Source: Piedraia hortae CBS 480.64 (lineage: Eukaryota). Taken from it: 64,000 bases of DNA. The stretch spans positions 124,001 through 188,000 of the forward strand of contig MU005984.1 in NCBI GenBank assembly GCA_010093745.1, in the 5' to 3' direction. Below the pieces are notes generated by a model. The model was not told the DNA's origin, ran no database searches, and saw nothing but the letters and a program-made list of their open reading frames with translations. The position numbers were made by a program, and so were the translations under genes. Shown here one piece after another: positions 57,047-64,000 of the stretch (position 1 is its first letter; each line of letters opens with the position of its first letter).

Positions 57047-58252
57047 ATGACTGTCGAATATGAAAGCTATACTCTAGGCGACTTCAGCCTCAAAAGCGGA
57101 GGCGCCATCCCGAATGCCCATATTGCGTACAAGACCTTTGGCAATCCTAACAACCCGGCCATTATTTACCCAACATGGTACTCCGGTAGCATCTCAGACA
57201 ATGAATGGCTGATAGGCAGCAACATGGCATTGAACACCGAGTCGTACTACATAATCATTCCTGCTCTGTTCGGCAACGGTCAGTCATCCAGTCCGAGCAA
57301 TGCTAAAGGTGATGCAACCTTTCCGGACATTCTGTTCTACGATAATGTGCGAGCACAACACCAGCTTGTGACAGAAAAGCTTGGCATCAGCCATGCCCGT
57401 GCGGTGTTGGGGTGGTCCATGGGTGCCGGCCAAACGTATCAATGGGCTACTCAATACCCCGACTTTATGGATCTGATCATTCCTTTTTGCGGTTCTGCAA
57501 AGACCAGCTTGCACAATCAGGTGTTTCTCGAGGGGGTGAAGAGCGCCTTGTTAACCGCTAAAGGAGTCGCTTCCGATGGTGTAGGCAAAAGCGGAGTCAG
57601 CAACAAACCATGGACAGATGAAGAGCGAACTGCAGGCCTCAAGGCGCTGGGAAGGGTTTATGCGGGGTGGGGGTTTAGCCAAGCTTTCTACAGGGAACGC
57701 CTGTACGAGACGATGCTAGGCTTCAATGACTTGGAACTCTTCATGAAGGGGTTCTGGGAGACATGGGCGCTGTCAAAAGGTAGCCTGCCGCTCAAGGAAA
57801 CTCCAGATAACAGCTGACTTGAGCAGATCCAGACAACATGCTGGCCATGCTTTTTACATGGCAGACAGGTGATTGCTCGGCACAGGAACCGTATAACGGT
57901 GATTTCGATGCCGCTATGAAAGCAATCAAGGCCAAGGCGTTAGTCCTACCAGGCAAAACTGATCTCTATTTTCGTGAGTAGAATCCCAAGTATGTACCAC
58001 GGAGAAAAGCTAAGGCAGGGTACAGCGCCTGAGGATTCGGCGATGGAGGTTGAGCACATGAGACCTGGAATGGGCAAGTGCATTGTATTCCCATCAATTT
58101 GGGGCCATTGGGCGGGAGGTGAGCCTTTGCAAAGAGCCAGCGTGACCCCGCTGACACTCTATGTAGGTCCTGGTCAATCTACCAAAGATGTCCAATGGCT
58201 GGACAGTAAGCTAAGGGTCTTTTTACAATATGGGAAGATTGAAGATGAATAG
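57047..58252 (+). CDS. Alpha/beta hydrolase, homoserine O-acetyltransferase-like
   Basis: IAYKTFG, nucleophile elbow GWSMGA, TDLYF, WGHWAG; introns 57780-57826, 57974-58025, 58119-58166. Confidence 0.85.
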
Positions 58253-58461
58253 TGAATGGCAGGGGGAGAGCGAGTCATGTGATGGAGTGGATGCGGGCCC
58301 CACTCTGTGGACGACAGCGGTCGTGGGGCGAACGGTGGGGGAAGCCGTAACGGGTTTGGCGTATCGCACAATCACGCGTTCACGTGTCGAGCAACGACGG
58401 GCAACGCGCAACGCCATTGAGCAAGTTTCATGAGCGGCGTTTATCCCATACGCCTTCAGCC

Positions 58462-60302
58462 ATGGCCGCTCCCGCCGAGCAGCAGTGGGGCGTTACCCCG
58501 GCGTTTTCCCTCGACCCGCCATCGGCCGCGGACCTGAGTCTGAACGAGCTGCTGAACGCTGAGCTCAAGGCGCAAAACAACTTTGCGCCGTCGAGCGACA
58601 CGGAGCGAAGAGATGCGATTCTGAGGAAGCTAGAGAGCCTTCTCCGAGAAATGGTGGAGGCCGTGGGGCGGAAGAAGGGTCTACCGCAGGGTCTCCTGGA
58701 TGAGGCCGGCGGCAAGGTGTTTACGTACGGCAGCTACAAACTTGGCGTCTACGGGCCTGGCTCTGACGTTGACACGCTGATGGTTGCTCCCAAGCACGTC
58801 ACGCGCCAAGATTTCTTTGATTACATGCCTGAGCTGCTGCGGCGGACGGATAAAACAATGAAGTTGAATGCCGTGCCTGATGCCGGTACTCCCATCATCA
58901 AGCTGGAGATGCAAGGCGTCGACATTGATCTCATCTTCTCGTCCCTGCAGGTGCAGTCGGTGCCCGATGACATTGATCTTTCTGACGACAACATCCTGCG
59001 CGGCCTGGATGAAATAGACCGGCGCTGCATCAACGGCACGCGCGTAGCCGACAGCGTCCTCAAGCTGGTGCCCCAATCCAAGACGTTCCGCCTGACGCTG
59101 CGCGCAGTCAAGCTATGGGCTCAAAGACGCGCCATTTACGGCAACATTGCCGGCTACCCTGGCGGCGTGGCCTATGCCATCTTGGTCGCGCGCGTTTGCC
59201 AATTGTATCCGCGTGCCGCCGCGCCGCAGCTGCTCAAAAAGTTTTTCTTCGTTGTTGGCCGCTGGAACTGGCCGAAACCGCTCTACCTCCAGCGCCATGA
59301 GCCGCAGGACCCGTCGCTGCAGCTTCGTGAGTGGGACCCAGCCACGTACCGCAGCGATGCCCTTCATTTGATGCCCATCTTGACACCCGCCGTACCGTCG
59401 ATGAACACGGCGCACACCATCGGCCCGTCGTCGAAGAAGGTGATAATGCGGGAGATGGCGCGCGGAGAACGGATCGTGCTCGACGTCTACGCCGGTAAAA
59501 AGCAGTGGAATGATCTTTTTGAAAAGCACAACTTCTTCACCGAGGCCTACAAGCACTATCTGTGCGTCATCGCGGCCGGCAAGACAAAGGAGGCAGCCGC
59601 GTCCTGGGGCAGCTTCGTCCAGGCAAAGCTTCAGTGGCTGGTCAAGGGCATCGAGGAGTCTGACGCAAACAGCATCGAACTCGTGCAGCTGTTCAACAAG
59701 GGCTTCGATCGGGAACACCACTGTCCCACTCACGATGAAGTCCAAAAGGTGGTTGAGGGCAGTTTGGACTACTTGGCCACCGAAACATCACCTCCTCTTG
59801 GGGAAGATGGGTACAAAATCTGGACAACGACCTACTACCTAGGCATTGACTTGAAAAAGGGTAAGACACACCGGCTCCGGCAGAGGTGCGCTAACCGGTT
59901 CAGGCGCTACGAACCTGGACATATCTACCCCTGTAAAGTCTTTCAGCATACGATGTTTGGACTGGCCAAAGTATGATGACAGTCTGAATTCGTTGAAGAT
60001 AAAACACATTCGGAAGTAGGTGAGTTGCTACTCCTCGTACGGCCACTGATTTTGGCAGCTTTATGCTCCCTGATGACGTGTTTGCTGCCGGCGAAAAGCG
60101 TCCGGTCCGACTTAAGAAGAAGGTAGTGAAGCCTGCAGCCAATGGTCCTACTAATAAGCGAAGTTTTGCCAACAGCGGCATGGAGGTAGGCGAGAGCAGG
60201 TCTGATAATCGTCACCTGGCTGATGCGGCTAAGGAACAGCCAGGAAACGTCAAACGTCGTCCAACCCCCAATGGGACCAAGCAAGCGGTTGCACGCGGGT
60301 GA
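58462..60302 (+). CDS. PAP1: Canonical poly(A) polymerase
   Basis: WGVTP, FTYGSYKLGVYGPGSDVDTL, INGTRVAD, KLWAQRRAIYGNIAGYPGGVA, HLMPILTPA; introns 59861-59903 and 60016-60058. Confidence 0.96.
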
Positions 60303-60539
60303 GTATGCGCAGCGAACGGGGGAACTCACAATGAATATACAGGAAGGAGTTTTACGGGTGGCGAGGGAATAGGTAGGTCCATGGCGTTGTCTAGACGTTT
60401 ATACAGCGACTCTATCAATTTCTGAGCTCGAAGGCATACGCATCAAGTGGGGCCAACAGATGGGACGGTATTAGGCTCGGTACTTGAATATATAGAGCCG
60501 CATATGACAGTTTGAGCGGATCCCTTTCTCTACTATGAC

Positions 60540-61407
60540 ATGTCTCACGAAAAAATGACTGACAGCGAAAAAGTTGTGCGCCGTAATCCCCATGGGGATT
60601 TCGGAGCGGTGCAAGCTTCTCGGCCTCAGTGGAAAGAGGACTCGAAGTTGGAGTTCACTCAGACTCGCGATCCCACGTGGACTAAGGGAGATGGCGCGAT
60701 AGAGACATTCGACGAAAAGCACGTCGATATTGATCCTTGGGAACAGGGGCGGCCAAGCGTTTACAATTACAAGTTGCTCATCTCAGCCATCATTCCCCGG
60801 CCGATAGGCTTTGTGTCTACCGTTTCTCCTCAAGGAAACAGAAACCTCGCTCCTTTCTCCTATTTTCAGCTCGTTAACCACGACCCGCCATCATTCATAG
60901 TCAGCTTCGTTGGTGGCTTTAAAGACTCATTGAGGAACCTGCTCGAAACTAATGAATGTACCATCAGCATTATTTCAGAACACGTACGTATATTTCCCAA
61001 CGTCCTTCCAAAGCTTACTCGCTCGCCTTCAGTTTGTAGAAGCAGCCAACTCGACATCTGTCAACTCTCCCTTTGGTGTCTCGGAATGGGAGCTTAGCGG
61101 GTTGACGCCGTCACCCTCGGTGACGGTTAAACCGCCACGTGTGAAAGAGTCCGTATTTGGAATCGAGGGCAAGCTGGCACTAACCCATGGTTTCTTCTCT
61201 AAAGGGGACCCTGACAAGAAGACGGGAACTTTAACGCTCATCGAGGGAACCATGTTCTGGTGCAGAGGCGACGCCCTCAACAAGGAAAAAAACCTTGTTG
61301 ATCCCGGTATATTGAGGCCAGTGGCGAGACTGGGTGGGATCACGTATGGACGGATCATGAATGCATTTGAACTGTTGAGACCAGACTGGGAGGAGTTCAA
61401 GGGATAG
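60540..61407 (+). CDS. Flavin reductase-like FMN-binding protein
   Basis: RNPHGDF, YKLLISAIIPRPIGFVST, NLAPFSYF, KDSLRNL, intron 60984-61032, VKPPRVKES, RLGGITYG. Confidence 0.9.
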
Positions 61408-61495
61408 AAACTGCCCATTTACATAGTTGGTTGGTAACGAATCATAACATTATCATGGAATGCACAGTCTTAGACACCAAGTAAAACCTGTGAGG

Positions 61496-62617
61496 CTACG
61501 TGTACACTGGAGCCTTGAGAAGAACGCCTCTCCCACGCACGTACACGAGGGGACCGACAGCCATGCGGATCGTGGATGGGTCACGGCTATTCTCGCTGTA
61601 GCGTCCTGCAGCGGCCGAGCTCGACTTTGTCCTCAGACCAAGCATCCGTCGCTTGGTAAATTCGCTGGAGTCACTCGCAACGCTAGCCAGGGATGCACCA
61701 TCTGCCTGGTCATCATGGATTGAGGCATTGAGCGGCGGTATGTTGCTCTCTGCATGGGCATGATCTGCACCCACAGGCTGTCCGGGCACGGGATAATCAA
61801 TGACAATTTCGCGGCTTTCCAATGGCAGGTGGGCGGCGATAGCGATGACAAGCTCCATGACCATCAAGACCTCGCGCCCGACATCGGTAGGCAGCGGATC
61901 ATGGAGATGGCCCCTCAGATGACTGATCAGCTGACCTTCCAGCTTCGCAGTAAGCTCGGAGCGGAACCGCGCCGCGTCGGCCGACCGCAGGCTCTCCTGT
62001 AACCCGTCCAGAGTTGTCAGTCGCCATCCGGCTTCCTTGGCCGTCAGCGCCTCATCCTCTTCGGCAATGTGGGCCTGCGGAGCGAAGCGACGGATGTTTA
62101 GATGGATAGTCTTGAGTTGGGACGACAGCTGCGGCTCCAGGTCTGGGTGGAAGTATTTGTGGAAAACCTCGCCAACGAGCCACCGCCACAAAATGGCCTT
62201 ACCGACCGCTATCATCTCCTGCTTAGCTGTGGCGACTGCATCTTTGTTGACTGAACGCTCCAGCCAGTGCGGCACGCTTGTCCATGACTTGCGCATGTCG
62301 AATGCCAGCTGGCCAACGAGGCCATCGAGCCGCATGAAGCGCGCTGTGTACTCTCCGTCATCGAGAGATGTGCGAGACTGCGAAAGCCGCTGGCTTGCCA
62401 CGAAGTTCTGCAGCTGCTTCACCTGCGACTCTTTGTCGAAGTAGCTTCTCTTGACCTTGGCGTATTTCTCTTGTAGCTCCTTATACTTCTTCTGTTGCAG
62501 GGCTAAATCGTCAAGGTCTGTTGGCGGCGCCGGCGTCTGCTGCTGCTGTTGTAGATGCTGCTGAGATTGCTGGTGCTGGTGCTGGTGGTGCTGCTGTTGA
62601 AGTTGAAGTTGTTGTTG

Positions 62618-62656
<39 letters not shown>

Positions 62657-63007
62657 CGTCAGCTGCACCTGCGGCTGCGACTGCTGTTTTTCGTTCGCTT
62701 TCGCTACGGGAGCGCTGTGCATGCTATGACGGTTGTTACCCTGTGACATGCTGCTCGTCATACCCAGCGAGGGCTCTTCAGCAGCCTGGTACGAGTAAGA
62801 ACGTGAGGCAAGCGCCGGGCGGGGGTTTTCGGCTGCAGCGTAGCGGGGCAGTGCAGTGGCCAGTGGATCGCGGGGCAGATCAACCGCCTGTCGTTCGTGT
62901 ACTTGGTTCTCGGCCAAAGATCGCTCACGAGGACGCTGTACCCAGCGTTCCCGGCCATTGGCTGTCTCGCCCATGCTTTGGCCACGGCTGGTGAACTCGT
63001 CATGCAA
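61496..63007 (-). CDS. Conserved fungal hypothetical protein with polyQ tract and coiled coil
   Basis: KYAKVKRSYFDK..QRLSQSRTSLDDGEY..FHKYFHPDL..WRLTTL..HLPLESRE..VRGRGVLLKAPV; 5' end uncertain (CAG acceptor at 63008-63010 hints at an upstream exon). Confidence 0.75.
62609..62653 (-). repeat. (CAG)9(CAA)6 coding trinucleotide repeat (15 Gln)
   Basis: Read directly from the sequence inside the Q-rich CDS. Confidence 0.95.
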
Positions 63008-64000
63008 CTGCAGCGGAAGTTACCGAGGCTTCGCCACACTATCCACGAGACTGTGTGCAGTGCGCCCACCGTCCTACTTGTCAGGACGTGCTCCGGAAAA
63101 GTAGCAAACAGCTGCACATGACCATAGTGGCTATCTCAAGCACCATAATAGTGAGCGTTCATCCGTGAACATCGCTTTCGTGGATGTACGATCGAATGAA
63201 AGTTCACCTGCATAATGACGTCATGCAGCCCTCCGGTATCGTACACTCCGATAACCATCATGAAGACGATGATGCAGTGTCAGAAAGCTCTGCAGTGAGG
63301 GCCAAGGGATCACGAGGGACCTATTTGTTAATGAATAGATAGTCTTGTACAAGCGTCGCCTTAACCATCCTAACCGAACATGGACAAAGATCGTACTCCC
63401 ATCATATCCAAGTCCGCCCAATCGTTCCAATGCTCTTTGGAAGGACGATTCAATTCTGAACACAACAGTCATGCCGGCAGATGCTCAGCAGTGGCAAGAA
63501 CACGACATCCCCGTCTTCCATTTCTACCTATGGCCTGAGCGGGTGCTTAGACTTCCACAATCAAATGTCTCTGTGCTACCATTATCACTTTCATCTTTCT
63601 GGAAGAGGTACACCTGTACCACCAAACTTGAACTTTGAAAGACAATCTGCTCTCAGTTTTGTAGAGCCCCTTCTTCCCATGTTGCTCAGCTGCAGCTTGA
63701 CTGCAGAACCAATCTAACATTTGAAGCTTGAACGAGTATTGGCACCAGGCCGCACGACGACCATAATCTCATGCAAATCGGATCTCTTGTACGAGAACAC
63801 CAGCCTTGAGAAAACATTCGGGTTTCTCCGAAGGCTTGTTGTCTCTACTAACGTTCCTCAAAATTGCAAGATTGTTCACGTGAGCGGGCTGAGTCCTATT
63901 TGTATGTTTCCCTAAGGCGTATGAGCAGATGTTCTATGCCCTCACCAGGTCACCGCCGACATCGCCAATACAACAAAGTTTTGGGGCCATGATGGGAATA

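Overview
Gene-dense eukaryotic DNA from a filamentous ascomycete. Evidence: 43-60 nt GT-AG introns with CTRAC/CTAAC branch sites, intergenic gaps mostly 0.1-0.6 kb, and an insert-bearing pyr-4-type URA3. A compact-genome Dothideomycete is my inference, not something the sequence proves. About 31 intact protein genes are recognisable, mostly housekeeping: LAD1, LEU4, TES1, SWC5, RBM39-like, TRZ1, ATG27, PEX11, NIPA, PIS1, GIM3, SUR2, URA3, MIS12, SDA1, UTP10, KAP95, ADO1, ALO1, PAP1 and others. There is also one intron-containing tRNA-Arg(TCG). Main signals: (1) a decay island at about 26.9-35.7 kb in which both members of the divergent FTR1/FET3 reductive iron-uptake pair are pseudogenised, together with a LysM gene and a DUF1365-like gene; (2) tRNase Z preceded by a stop-free, in-frame extension with no AUG in any frame, suggesting a non-AUG-initiated mitochondrial isoform; (3) an unexplained ~1 kb element bounded by ~115 bp imperfect inverted repeats; (4) splice-dependent C-termini (TES1 PTS1, PAP1) and a GC-AG intron. 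All identifications come from motif recognition by eye; no database searches were run.
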